Of a DNA stretch of 61,792 nt, positions 1-8,663 are shown piece by piece. The translations under genes and the position numbers were made by a program. This stretch comes from an uncultured Atopobiaceae bacterium (lineage in GTDB: Bacteria; Actinomycetota; Coriobacteriia; Coriobacteriales; Atopobiaceae), in the NCBI GenBank assembly GCA_947581665.1, contig CANPVI010000001.1, forward strand, positions 1 to 61,792. The letters are read 5' to 3'. Numbering within the stretch: position 1 is the stretch's first letter; each line of letters begins with the position of its first letter. The notes below the pieces were generated by a model. The model was not told the origin of the DNA and made no database searches. It saw only the letters and a program-made list of their open reading frames with translations.

Positions 1-980
1 TACGCGCGCTGCAGGGGGATCATGCGGTCGACGACGGACGTTCCGAAGAACGCCCCCGCGAGCTCGATGCACGTCTGCCGGATAAAGGGCAGGACACGTT
101 CGCCGCGGTCGCCGTTTTTGTAGGGCAGGGGCCCCTCATAGAGGAGCTTGTCCGCCGCTACGATCTCCAACCGGCCCTCGGGGTACGCCCCCGTGGGACG
201 GGTATACCGTTCGATGAGGATCTCTCTTCCCTCTTCGGCATGCCGGCCGTCGCCGTCGAAGGCGCGCTTCCAGCCGCTCGCAGAGGAATAGGGCGCGAGA
301 GGGAATTCGTCGATCGTGCGCCCCGCAAGTTCGACGCCGAAGCGCTCATAGATGTCCGAAACGGGCACGGCTTTGGCGTGAATGATACTCTTGACCTCGG
401 ACATGGTACTCGCGGAGAGGCTGTCCGGGTAAATTTCGAAGGGAGAGAGCGCCGCCACGTTGACATCTCCCTCGTGGAGCGCGTGCCCCGTCTCGTCGGT
501 GCCGATCACCTTGCCCTCGGCAAAGTTCCACACGACCTTGTAAAAGCTCGTGCCACAGACCTCCGACCAGAGCGTCGCCTCGGAGATGACGCGTCCGAGG
601 TCGATGCGGTTTTTGACCGACTTTAAGATGCTCGACGCGATGCGGGCGACGTGCATGTCCGCTTCCGTGTCCGAGAAGGCACGGACTTCGAGGGTGGGCC
701 GCACCTTTGCGAGGCGGGCGAGACGGGTATCGATCGTGGGCGCGATGTGATTGAATGTGCGCCGCGATTCCCACAGAAAGCGTGCGCTCTCCTCCTCAAG
801 CTCCCCCTCGGGCGAGACGTCGCAGTACTGGTTGCCGCTCACGAAGTTCATGTTGAGCTCCCAGCCCCGTTCGAGCTGCCGCCGCATCTCCCTGCGCCGC
901 GCAAAGTCGGCATGGATGTCCCCGACGAGGGCAGCCTTCCGCGCTTCCTCCCGTCTTGCTTCCCATTCTTGTTCGTTCAT
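1..980 (-). CDS. phage portal protein (SPP1 Gp6-like), N-terminal ~326 aa; 3' end lies beyond the left window edge; belongs to the GC-rich flanking prophage
   Basis: Not in the ORF track because no stop lies in the window. Hand translation from ATG 980..978 (AGGAGG 4 nt upstream, ATGA overlap with previous ORF) gives MNEQEWEARREEARKAALVGDIHADF..WELNMNFVSGNQYCDVSPEGELEEES..LWSEVCGTSFYKVVWNF. This is portal-like and lies directly downstream of terminase. Confidence 0.7.
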   Translation of the reverse strand, partial: MNEQEWEARREEARKAALVGDIHADFARRREMRRQLERGWELNMNFVSGNQYCDVSPEGELEEESARFLWESRRTFNHIAPTIDTRLARLAKVRPTLEVRAFSDTEADMHVARIASSILKSVKNRIDLGRVISEATLWSEVCGTSFYKVVWNFAEGKVIGTDETGHALHEGDVNVAALSPFEIYPDSLSASTMSEVKSIIHAKAVPVSDIYERFGVELAGRTIDEFPLAPYSSASGWKRAFDGDGRHAEEGREILIERYTRPTGAYPEGRLEIVAADKLLYEGPLPYKNGDRGERVLPFIRQTCIELAGAFFGTSVVDRMIPLQRA

Positions 981-1270
981 GGTTCCTCCTTTTCAATGCT
1001 TTTGTTTTCGCTTTGGGTAAGTTCCGCAAACCTTCGGAGCAGACGCACTCTCTCCGCTTCGAGCTCCTCGTCCGAAAGACGGGCAAGGTCGGCTCCATCC
1101 TCCATCAGAAGTTTTGCCGCCTTCAGGTCGGGCGGAACGTCCTTTTTGGTCTCCTTGCGCTTGACGAGGCGCAGCTCGCCGTCCTTGGCGTCATACTCCT
1201 CGGTGACCTCCTCGAGGGAGTACCCAAGCGCAACTTTTAAGATGGCTTCCTTGATTTTATCGCACCCCAT
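977..1270 (-). CDS. small phage protein of unknown function between terL and portal (97 aa)
   Basis: ORF 977..1357 trimmed to ATG 1270, just after the terL stop (1275). Sequence MGCDKIKEAILKVALGYSLEEVTEEYDAKDGELRLVKRKETKK.. The stop overlaps the portal ATG. Confidence 0.45.
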   Translation of the reverse strand: MGCDKIKEAILKVALGYSLEEVTEEYDAKDGELRLVKRKETKKDVPPDLKAAKLLMEDGADLARLSDEELEAERVRLLRRFAELTQSENKSIEKEEP

Positions 1271-1274
1271 GTCC

Positions 1275-1913
1275 TCAAAACCCCCTTCGGCGCAGTCTGC
1301 GGATGCGCCTCGATTTATCGCGCTCGATGGCCGATCTGCCGCCCGAAGGACGGGCATTCTGCACCCCGCGCATCAAATAATAACGGATGGCGTCAAGCCC
1401 GTGGTCGTTTTCCTTGACGGGCCGTTCGCCGCTTCCCCAGAAGTATCCCTTGAACTCGCGGATGAGGTTGGGACAGCTCGAAAAGATGTAGAGGTCGGAC
1501 ATGCCGTTGCCGCGCCGCAGATAGCGCTTGACCTCCGCGATGCCGGCAAACACGTCCTTGTTGACGCGCGGATCGGCGAGGATGCCGCACTCGTAAAAGA
1601 GTTCGGTGACGCTCCTGCGGCCGTTTAAGGTCTTTGCCTCGGCGGCGCGGTCGATGATGGCTTTGAGACGCCCCCTTTCGTCCCGCTTCCAACCGAGGGA
1701 ATCGGAGATGCGGGAGATGGCTTCGGCGTGCTCGTCCACCCCCATGCCCGCGGCATAGTGCTCCGCAACGACGTAGACGTTGCCGTCGTAATCGGCCGCG
1801 CACCAGAGCGCGGCGAGCGGATTTTTGAGCCCCGGGTCGATGGAGATGACGTCCTGCCACTCGGGCGGGACGGAGAACGCTCGACCTGTGAAAAGTCTGA
1901 CTTGAAATAACGG
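1275..1913 (-). pseudogene. terL: terminase large subunit, C-terminal (nuclease-domain) part, cut off from its 5' part by the ~59.8-kb insertion
   Basis: ORF 1275..1745 plus the open frame upstream reads ..PPLFQVRLFTGRAFSVPPEWQDVISIDPGLKNPLAALWCAADYDGNVYVVAEHYAAGMGVDEH..ENDHGLDAIRYYLM. No ATPase domain is present on this side. GC is much higher than in the insert. Confidence 0.8.
1909..1913. other. left junction (attL) candidate crossover core, AACGG on + (CCGTT on coding strand)
   Basis: The same pentamer occurs at the right junction (61718..61722) in the same codon phase of the split terL. GC content and coding change abruptly here. Confidence 0.5.
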
Positions 1914-1923
1914 CGGTTGCTTG

Positions 1924-1938
1924 GTGGCAAATTGCCAC
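1924..1938. repeat. perfect palindrome GTGGCAA-A-TTGCCAC, 11 nt inside the element from the crossover core (candidate recombinase half-site)
   Basis: Read directly: ggtGGCAAaTTGCCac. Confidence 0.5.
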
Positions 1939-1969
1939 TTCTTCGGTCTATAAAGTACAGGCGAAAGGG

Positions 1970-2003
1970 CAAAAAAATACCGACCGCTTTGCTTGCAGTC
2001 GGC
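1970..2003 (-). terminator. rho-independent terminator after the recombinase operon
   Basis: Minus strand reads CCGAC-13 nt-GTCGG followed by TATTTTTTT, 15 nt after the stop of 2019..3545. Confidence 0.6.
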
Positions 2004-2018
2004 TGATTTTTCTGTCGC

Positions 2019-3545
2019 CTATTCCTTTCTCCCCCATGTCTTTTCGTATATGATTTCATCGATTTCATCCTCCTTGCTGTGGTAGTAATAGGTCTTCACT
2101 TTGGCGACCATTCCGTTGGTCAATTCGAACTCAAAATTCTCTCTCCCGTAGACCGTTATCTTCTTCACGAGTCCCCGAAAGACCTCGGCATCGAACTCGA
2201 TCAACGGCTCCGTCCGCATGATGATTTTGTTGTATCGGCGGAGGTCGTTCTCCGCTTCGATGTTCATCGCATTCGTCCGTAGCAGTTCCTTGCGCTTGTC
2301 CTCCGCCCTCACGATTTGGTTCAGCACTCGGTTGTACTCGCCCTCGACAGGTCCCTCTAACAGCCCTTTGGCTTGCAGTTGTAGGTAGGTGCGCTCCTGT
2401 GCGAGTAGGTGGTCTATCTCGGCATTCAAGGCTACAAGTTCGTCCGACAGAGGCATCTCAATGAGCCGTTTCTTCTTCCCTCGTAACTCATTGAATATCC
2501 GTATGGTGATGTTCTCAAGGGTTTGCAAACGCACACTTGGACTGTCGCATTTGCGATAGCGTTCATCGTCATGACCACCGCATACGAACCGATATTGCTG
2601 TCCGTTGGTGAACCTGCGAGTGTAGGCGTGTCCGCACTTTCCGCATCGGATTGGCACTCCCTCAAGTGGGTTGTCCCCTTTCGGCTGAAAGCAGTCCGCT
2701 TTCGTCTGCCGCAATCTCACCAAGTTTGCTCTCTCCCAGAGTTCCCTGCTGACTATCGGCTCATGGTGGTTCTCGACATAGTATTGTGTTATCTGCCCTG
2801 TGTTCTTGACTTGCCGTCCGTTCAGCAGCACTCGCTTTTCCATAAGGCAGTCGCCCTTGTATTTTTCGTTCTTGATGTAGTACAGAATTGTGGACGGCTT
2901 GAAGGTCTTCCCTGTCGCCGTTCGGATTCCCTCTCGGTTCAGCTTTTGGCATATCAAGGTCGAGTGTCCTGTTTCCGCATACTCTTCGAAGATGCGCCGC
3001 ACGACCGCCGCCTGCTCTGGCACAGGTACGAGTTCACCATATTCCAATTTGTAGCCGTATGGGGTGTTCGGGTTTTGTATCATCATCCCCTTTTCATATC
3101 TCCGCTGAAACCCCCACCGCACGGATTCGGAGATGTCCTCTGCCTCTTCCTGCGCCACATGAGCCATTGTCACGAGGATGATATTATTCCTGTCCTTCAA
3201 GGTGTCGATGTTCTCCTGCTCGAAGTACACGGATATATTGAGTTCGGTCAGCCGTGCTATGGCTCGGACGATGTCCAAGGTGTTCCGTCCGAATCGCTTT
3301 ATGGACTTGCAGAGTATGCGGTCTATGCGTCCGAGTTCGCAGTCCGACAGCATCTGCAAGAATGCCTCTCGCCTGTTTAAGAACCTACCGCTTATGCCGT
3401 TGTCCACATAAATGCCGCAGTTGACCAAGTTTGGTGTCGTATCCATCACTTCATTGAAGTGTCGTATCTGTGAGTCCAAGCTCACGGTTTGGTCTGTCGT
3501 ACTCACCCTGACATACGCTACTGTTCGGTATCGCTGTTCGCTCAT
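2019..3545 (-). CDS. large serine recombinase (3rd in transcription order of three tandem copies)
   Basis: Resolvase catalytic motif YVRVSTTDQ, recombinase domain, Cys-rich zinc ribbon (RCGKCGH..FVCGG..KC) and coiled-coil tail. Start moved to ATG 3545 (GGAGG 5 nt upstream). Confidence 0.9.
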   Translation of the reverse strand: MSEQRYRTVAYVRVSTTDQTVSLDSQIRHFNEVMDTTPNLVNCGIYVDNGISGRFLNRREAFLQMLSDCELGRIDRILCKSIKRFGRNTLDIVRAIARLTELNISVYFEQENIDTLKDRNNIILVTMAHVAQEEAEDISESVRWGFQRRYEKGMMIQNPNTPYGYKLEYGELVPVPEQAAVVRRIFEEYAETGHSTLICQKLNREGIRTATGKTFKPSTILYYIKNEKYKGDCLMEKRVLLNGRQVKNTGQITQYYVENHHEPIVSRELWERANLVRLRQTKADCFQPKGDNPLEGVPIRCGKCGHAYTRRFTNGQQYRFVCGGHDDERYRKCDSPSVRLQTLENITIRIFNELRGKKKRLIEMPLSDELVALNAEIDHLLAQERTYLQLQAKGLLEGPVEGEYNRVLNQIVRAEDKRKELLRTNAMNIEAENDLRRYNKIIMRTEPLIEFDAEVFRGLVKKITVYGRENFEFELTNGMVAKVKTYYYHSKEDEIDEIIYEKTWGRKE

Positions 3546-3574
3546 AATTGCCTCCATATTTTTCGTTATCAACT

Positions 3575-3612
3575 ACCATACCACAAAATTCGTTTTGAGC
3601 CCAGCGAAACGG
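3575..3612 (-). promoter_or_regulatory. promoter module copy 1 (short form): GCTGGGCTC-16 nt-TATGGT
   Basis: Minus strand reads TTTCGCTGGGCTC then 16 nt then TATGGT, about 30 nt upstream of ATG 3545. Confidence 0.5.
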
Positions 3613-3666
3613 CTTGCCGAAAGAAAGAAGGGACAGCATTTCGCCGTCCGTCCTTTCGGTCGGTCT

Positions 3667-5274
3667 TTACTCTATGATGTCGGTGATGGTGATTCCGCAG
3701 CCGAAGTCATAGGTGAGTTCCTTGCCGTCCACCGTGATGCGGTTGACGACCTTTCGGAACATATCCCCATCGAACTCCGTCAGCTTGCCCTTTACGGCTA
3801 CCATGTCCCAGATGGCTTGGAATCTTTCGTTGGTGTGTTCGAGGTCCACTACTTGGAACGACCGCTTTTTCTGCTCCTGTTTAAGTGCTTCAATTTCGGC
3901 GATGAGCTGTTCCCTTTCTCTTTCTCCGCTGATGAGGTCTTCGGCGTTCTGCGCCGCTTTTACCGCCCTTACAAGCTGCCTTTCCTTTGCCGCTATCTTC
4001 TTGGCGAGTTCATCGTTTGCTTGGTCGGTCAGCCGTTCCGCAAGGGTTTCTTGGATGCTCTCGGTTATTCTTTGCACCATTCCGTCCTTGTCTTCTATCA
4101 GCATATTGACCACTCGGATAAAGGATGCGTGGATCTCCGATTCCTTGATGGCGAGCTGCGTGCAGGCATTGTTACCGTTCAGTTTGTGGTTCGAGCAAGT
4201 CCATGTCTTCACATAATTCTCGCCGCTGTAGTATCCGTGCCTGCGGAAGATGCATCCGCATTGGTAGCAGTACACTTTGCTCGACAGCGGATATTTTGAC
4301 GAGTATCCGCCCCTGCCCGACTTAGTGCAAGACCGCAGGCTGCGGCGGTATTCCATCTCTCGCTTCACCCTCTCGAACATTTCATCGCTGACGATTGCCT
4401 CATGGTCGTCCTCGACATAGTATTGCTGTGTGTCCGCCGATGCCGACCGCTTTTTCTTCACCCAAGGCTGATTGATGGTCTTTTGCAGAAGGGCATCGCC
4501 GATGTATTTTTCGTTCTTCAGCATACCCTCTATAGTGCTTTCATCCCACCGATCCAAGCCTGTCGGCGACTTGATTGCTCGGCTCTTCAGTTCTTCGCTT
4601 ATCATCCGATAACTGTACCCTGTAAGGTAGAGTTCGTAGATGAGCCGAACGACCTCGGCTTGCTCTTTGTTGATGACATACTCATGGTTGAGGACATCGT
4701 ATCCGTAGGTCTTTGCTTTCCGCACGAACCCCTGTTCATTGCGCCGCTGTATGCCCCAATTCACGCTGTCGCTCAGACTGTCCGATTCTTCCTGCGCTAT
4801 GGATGCGTACATGGTCAGCATGAAGTTCGTCCGCTTATCGTCCTGTAAGCTGTTCAGCTTCTCCTTCTCGAAGATTACAGGGATGCGCTTTTCTCGGAGT
4901 TGCTCGATGATGGTCAGGCTGTCCAAGACATTTCGGGCGAATCTTGATACCGACTTGACGAGTATCATGTCTATCTTGCCGTTCAGCGCATCGGCTATCA
5001 TCTCACGGAATCTCACCCTTTTCTTCATGCTCCGTCCTGAGATACCCTCATCGGCATAGACACCCACCATCTCCCAATCGGGGTTGGTCAGTATCAGCCG
5101 TGTGTAGTATTCCAACTGGGACTTGAAACTTGTCTGCTGTTCCTCTCTGCCCGTTGAGACTCTGGCATAAGCTGCCACCCTTTTCTTTTGGACAACGATT
5201 GGCGATTCGTCATCCACGAACAATCGTCTGGTGTCGGTCGCAGGGATCACCCTGATTTTTCTTTCTTCACTCAT
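3667..5274 (-). CDS. large serine recombinase (2nd of three; divergent from the other two)
   Basis: AAYARVSTGREEQQTSFKSQ catalytic region, recombinase domain and zinc ribbon (YCYQCGC..WTCSNH..NACTQ). Start set to ATG 5274 (MSEERK), overlapping the upstream stop (TGATG). Confidence 0.9.
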   Translation of the reverse strand: MSEERKIRVIPATDTRRLFVDDESPIVVQKKRVAAYARVSTGREEQQTSFKSQLEYYTRLILTNPDWEMVGVYADEGISGRSMKKRVRFREMIADALNGKIDMILVKSVSRFARNVLDSLTIIEQLREKRIPVIFEKEKLNSLQDDKRTNFMLTMYASIAQEESDSLSDSVNWGIQRRNEQGFVRKAKTYGYDVLNHEYVINKEQAEVVRLIYELYLTGYSYRMISEELKSRAIKSPTGLDRWDESTIEGMLKNEKYIGDALLQKTINQPWVKKKRSASADTQQYYVEDDHEAIVSDEMFERVKREMEYRRSLRSCTKSGRGGYSSKYPLSSKVYCYQCGCIFRRHGYYSGENYVKTWTCSNHKLNGNNACTQLAIKESEIHASFIRVVNMLIEDKDGMVQRITESIQETLAERLTDQANDELAKKIAAKERQLVRAVKAAQNAEDLISGEREREQLIAEIEALKQEQKKRSFQVVDLEHTNERFQAIWDMVAVKGKLTEFDGDMFRKVVNRITVDGKELTYDFGCGITITDIIE

Positions 5275-6806
5275 CAGCACACCTCCGTTACTGCCTTGAT
5301 ATCTATTGATTGTATTTCGTCTTCGCTTGTCGCCCAATACACGATGGTGACGTATGCCACCTCGCCTGATGTCAGGTGGTATGCGAAGTGTTCCCTGTCC
5401 ACAATTACAATTTTGCGGACGATTTGGTCGAACAGTTTGATGTCGAACTCTGCGATTTTCCCTGTTCGCGTGACCGCCGAGTTATATACTCGGAGGTCAT
5501 TCTGCGCCTTGACATTCTGCCCATTCGTTTCGAGCATATCCTTTTTCTGCTCTTCGGCTTTCACGATGCGGTTGAGCAGTTTCCTGTACTCGCCCTCAAT
5601 CTCTCCGTGTAGCAGTCCCCTTGCTTGGAGTTGCAGGTAGGTCTTTTCCTGATTGAGCATTTGGGTGATCTCTCGGTCGAGTTCCCTGACCGCATCCGTG
5701 ACTTGCATCTCCATAAGGGTTTTGCGCTTGCCTTGTATCATGTTGAAGATTTCCACGAATACCTTTTCGATGGTTTCCTTTTTTACATTTTCGCTTTTGC
5801 AAGCGTTCATCCCTCGGCTACCCTTGTAGTAGCACCCATACCGAACCCTTTTGTCTGTCCGCTTGATGCGGATATAGTTATGTCCGCATTTGCCGCAGAC
5901 GATTTTCCCCTTGAACGGATCGGGCTCTCGGTCTTCCTCTTTCACATACTCCGATGTCCTGTGCCGTAGCACCAACCGTTGGCAGTAGTCCCACATTTCT
6001 CGGCTCACTATCGGTTCGTGGTCATTCTCCACATAGTATTGCTGTGCCGCACCCATGTTTTTGATTTTCTTGCCGTCCGCCACCACGTACTTTTGGAGCA
6101 TGGCATCGCCCTTGTACTTTTCGTTCTTGATGATATATAGGACCGTGCTTGCCATGAACGGTCGCCCATGCGCCGAGGTATAGCCGTCTTTATTCAGTCG
6201 CCGTGCTATCTCCGCCGTGCCGTAGCCCTTGGCATACTCTTCGTATATCCGCTTGACGAGTTTCGCCTCTTCGGGGACGATTACGAGTTGCCCATCGTCA
6301 TTGAACTTGTAGCCGAGCGGGGTGTTCGGGTTCACGATGAGTTGTCCCTGCTCGAATCGCTTCTTGAATGTCCATTTGATGGCTTCGGACTTTTCCTCGT
6401 ATTCTTCCTGTGCTATCTGCGCCATCGTTACGAGCAGGATATTGTTGCGGTCCTTGATGGTGTGCAGATTCTCGGTTTCGAAGTACACAGGGATGTTGAG
6501 TTCCGTCAGTCGGCTGACCGCTCGTATCGTATCCAAGGTGCATCGCCCGAACCGCTTGATTGACTTGCACAGGATTAGGTCTATCTTATGCAATTCGGCA
6601 TCTTGCATCATCCGCTTGAAGTCCTTTCTTGCACCGATGAACCGACCGCTGATGCCATTGTCGATGTAGCACCCACAATTCACCATCTGCGGATCGGCAT
6701 CCATGACTTCGTTGAAGTGTCGTACCTGCGATTCGAGTGATACTTCCTGCCCATAGTTCTTGCTCACTCGGCAGTAGGCGACAGTTCGCAATTTTGTTTC
6801 GCTCAT
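5274..6806 (-). CDS. large serine recombinase (1st of three; paralogue-like to 2019..3545)
   Basis: VAYCRVSKNYGQEVSLESQ, ILCKSIKRFGRCTLD and CGKCGHNY..YGCYYKG..NACKS. Start set to ATG 6806 (GGAGG 8 nt upstream). The longer ORF-track N-terminus is a read-through of the promoter module. Confidence 0.9.
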   Translation of the reverse strand: MSETKLRTVAYCRVSKNYGQEVSLESQVRHFNEVMDADPQMVNCGCYIDNGISGRFIGARKDFKRMMQDAELHKIDLILCKSIKRFGRCTLDTIRAVSRLTELNIPVYFETENLHTIKDRNNILLVTMAQIAQEEYEEKSEAIKWTFKKRFEQGQLIVNPNTPLGYKFNDDGQLVIVPEEAKLVKRIYEEYAKGYGTAEIARRLNKDGYTSAHGRPFMASTVLYIIKNEKYKGDAMLQKYVVADGKKIKNMGAAQQYYVENDHEPIVSREMWDYCQRLVLRHRTSEYVKEEDREPDPFKGKIVCGKCGHNYIRIKRTDKRVRYGCYYKGSRGMNACKSENVKKETIEKVFVEIFNMIQGKRKTLMEMQVTDAVRELDREITQMLNQEKTYLQLQARGLLHGEIEGEYRKLLNRIVKAEEQKKDMLETNGQNVKAQNDLRVYNSAVTRTGKIAEFDIKLFDQIVRKIVIVDREHFAYHLTSGEVAYVTIVYWATSEDEIQSIDIKAVTEVC

Positions 6807-6838
6807 AAGCATTACCTCCATTTTCTTTGGTACGCCAA

Positions 6839-6920
6839 AGCATAGCGTAAAAGACAGAAAGAGCCCAGCGAAAACCGCCCCCAAATTAGACTTTTTACGG
6901 AATAATCGAAAGAATTTTAT
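6839..6920 (-). promoter_or_regulatory. promoter module copy 2, upstream of the recombinase operon
   Basis: Minus strand reads ..GGTTTTCGCTGGGCTC-16 nt-TATGCT, then leader hairpin CTTTGG-cgta-CCAAAG (6825..6840) before the SD. Confidence 0.55.
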
Positions 6921-6933
6921 GTGTCCCTCTGTC

Positions 6934-6968
6934 GTAAAAAAATAGATGTGCGGAGGTCAGTCCGCACA
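6934..6968 (-). terminator. rho-independent terminator ending the lysis/late operon
   Basis: Minus strand reads GTGCGGA-ctgacc-TCCGCAC followed by ATCTATTTTTTT. Confidence 0.7.
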
Positions 6969-7121
6969 CCCATTTTCAATGCCGTATTTTTTCTTCAATT
7001 TCAGCTCTATCGAGTCGTATTCCTCGGTGGTGATTACCCCTTTCCGCATGAGATTAAGGACGATCCCCAAGGCGCAGTTGAACTCGATGGTATTGACCGC
7101 CGCCCTTTCACTGTTTTCCAT
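6957..7121 (-). CDS. 54-aa ORF overlapping the holin 3' end (below ORF-track cutoff); unknown function, SHOCT-like GVITTEEY motif
   Basis: MENSERAAVNTIEFNCALGIVLNLMRKGVITTEEYDSIELKLKKKYGIENGCAD. GAGGA lies 5 nt before ATG 7121. The stop lies inside the terminator stem. Confidence 0.35.
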   Translation of the reverse strand: MENSERAAVNTIEFNCALGIVLNLMRKGVITTEEYDSIELKLKKKYGIENGCAD

Positions 7122-7413
7122 CGTTGTCCTCGCCATCCTTCTTTTCGAGTTGCTTGATGATTTGGTTTGCGCCCGTGGCGGTCAGTCCGCTTGCTCCGCC
7201 GATGACGATTGCCACGACCACGTTCGCCGCCGGGATGATGCTCGGCACGGCATAAAAGGCGACCACACCAAGCACCGCACCCAAGCCCGCCGCTATCAGC
7301 GGGATGAACCGCTTGAAGGTTTCGTTGCCCTTGACTGCGTACTTGATGATGTTGATTACCCAATAGACGATTGCCGCTATCGCGGGTACGCTGATTAACT
7401 CCAAATATTCCAT
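7108..7413 (-). CDS. phage holin (two hydrophobic helices, charged C-terminus)
   Basis: ..VPAIAAIVYWVINII..FIPLIAAGLGAVLGVVAFYAV..GGASGLTATGANQIIKQLEKKDGEDNDGKQ. Typical Firmicutes-phage holin architecture and position after the tail fibre. Confidence 0.8.
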   Translation of the reverse strand: MEYLELISVPAIAAIVYWVINIIKYAVKGNETFKRFIPLIAAGLGAVLGVVAFYAVPSIIPAANVVVAIVIGGASGLTATGANQIIKQLEKKDGEDNDGKQ

Positions 7414-7424
7414 GTTCCCCTCCG

Positions 7425-7721
7425 TTAATTTTTAGAATTTTGTTCAAGCAAGTATTCGTACATTTCCTGCTTGGTTTCGTTGTAGCTCTCCATTGCGTCA
7501 TGCATCTCGCCGTTGGTCTTTCCGTCCCTGATGGCTACCGCATTTGCGTATGTGAGCTTGCCGACCGCATCGATGGATTTGAGGATCAGATAATTCTCCC
7601 GCTCCTCCGCCTTGTCGCGCTCTTCGTCCCGCTTTGTCCGTTTCTTGAAAAACCGCTGCAAGAAAAAAAGCACCATCCCGCTGATGATGCTCCCCACTAT
7701 GCTTATGATTATCGCTACCAT
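7425..7721 (-). CDS. N-terminally membrane-anchored coiled-coil protein next to holin (function unknown)
   Basis: MVAIIISIVGSIISGMVLFFLQRFF followed by a charged helical region. Confidence 0.5.
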   Translation of the reverse strand: MVAIIISIVGSIISGMVLFFLQRFFKKRTKRDEERDKAEERENYLILKSIDAVGKLTYANAVAIRDGKTNGEMHDAMESYNETKQEMYEYLLEQNSKN

Positions 7722-7745
7722 TGTTTCCTCCTTCCCTCTCTCGAA

Positions 7746-8654
7746 TTACCAAATCGCCGAATATCCGCCGAGCTTGTACATAATGAGTTCCGTTGTGCAG
7801 GAGCCCGAATAGTTGCTGCTTGGAAAAGTAGTCGCCGATGATGACACTCGGAGATGGTATTTATTCGCCGTTGTGGTCACCGCTTCGCAGTATATCTGCA
7901 CGTTCTTCACCCCATCCAAATCCACGGTCGAGATGCCGCTGTACGATCCGCTTTTTGCATAAGTGCTGTTGCTCATCGTCCCCAAGCACGCGACACTCGT
8001 ATTGCCCGATGAGTTAGTCACTTTGAGAAAGCACAGGTAGATGCCCGTGCCGGGGATGTTGTATTGCTTTTCGAAACTGAATGTGGTTCTATCAAGCGTG
8101 AGTCCGGGGTTAAAGCTCGGTGTGTTTTTGAGGTCATAATAATCACCGCTCGTAGCCACCGCCGCAAGTCCCGTTATTTTGCCTACTCCGACCGAAGTGA
8201 CCTTTTCATCGGTGACCGCACCTGCGGCGAGTTTCTCCGTGGTTACTGCCCCATCCGCTATCTTGATTGTGGTCACGGCGAGGTCTTGCAGTTTGTCCGT
8301 CCGCACCGCTCCCGTGGCGATTTTTCCGTAGTTCACCGCATGGCTATCAATCTTGCCTTGCGTGATGGAGTTCGCCGCAATATCGTCCTTGTCAACGATG
8401 CTTTTGAAAGCCAATGTCCCGAAGTCCGCGAACCACTTTCGGAGTTTCCCGAATGCCACTTTCAGCGTGTCCCCGCTTGCGATGTTCTCTCTCGTACCGC
8501 TCTGGGTGCTTGTCACCGCCCCGTCTTGCACTTGCGACAAGGCGATTTTGATTTCGTTCAAGTAGCGTTCGTTCTCCGCAAGGATGTTGAAGATACTCGG
8601 TGTGACTTGGTCTTCGGCTTTGTAGTCATTTTTTGGATTCGTCCAAGTTGCCAT
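7746..8654 (-). CDS. tail fibre / receptor-binding protein
   Basis: Last structural gene before the lysis genes. Contains reiterated units ANSITQGKI, HAVNYGKI, GAVRTDKL, LAVTTIKI, GAVTTEKL and GAVTDEKV. Confidence 0.6.
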   Translation of the reverse strand: MATWTNPKNDYKAEDQVTPSIFNILAENERYLNEIKIALSQVQDGAVTSTQSGTRENIASGDTLKVAFGKLRKWFADFGTLAFKSIVDKDDIAANSITQGKIDSHAVNYGKIATGAVRTDKLQDLAVTTIKIADGAVTTEKLAAGAVTDEKVTSVGVGKITGLAAVATSGDYYDLKNTPSFNPGLTLDRTTFSFEKQYNIPGTGIYLCFLKVTNSSGNTSVACLGTMSNSTYAKSGSYSGISTVDLDGVKNVQIYCEAVTTTANKYHLRVSSSATTFPSSNYSGSCTTELIMYKLGGYSAIW

Positions 8655-8663
8655 GATTGCCTC

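Noticed and set aside
2543-2558. TGTCGCA-tt-TGCGATA, resembling the TGTCGCA-N4-TGCGACA operator
   Set aside because: It lies inside the recombinase coding sequence, has a 2-nt rather than a 4-nt spacer, has one arm mismatch and has no associated promoter. It is probably a chance match.
6885-7107. Endolysin remnant between the holin and the recombinases
   Set aside because: Only about 220 bp are available. They are taken up by a 54-aa ORF, a terminator and a promoter module, and no hydrolase-like frame is present.
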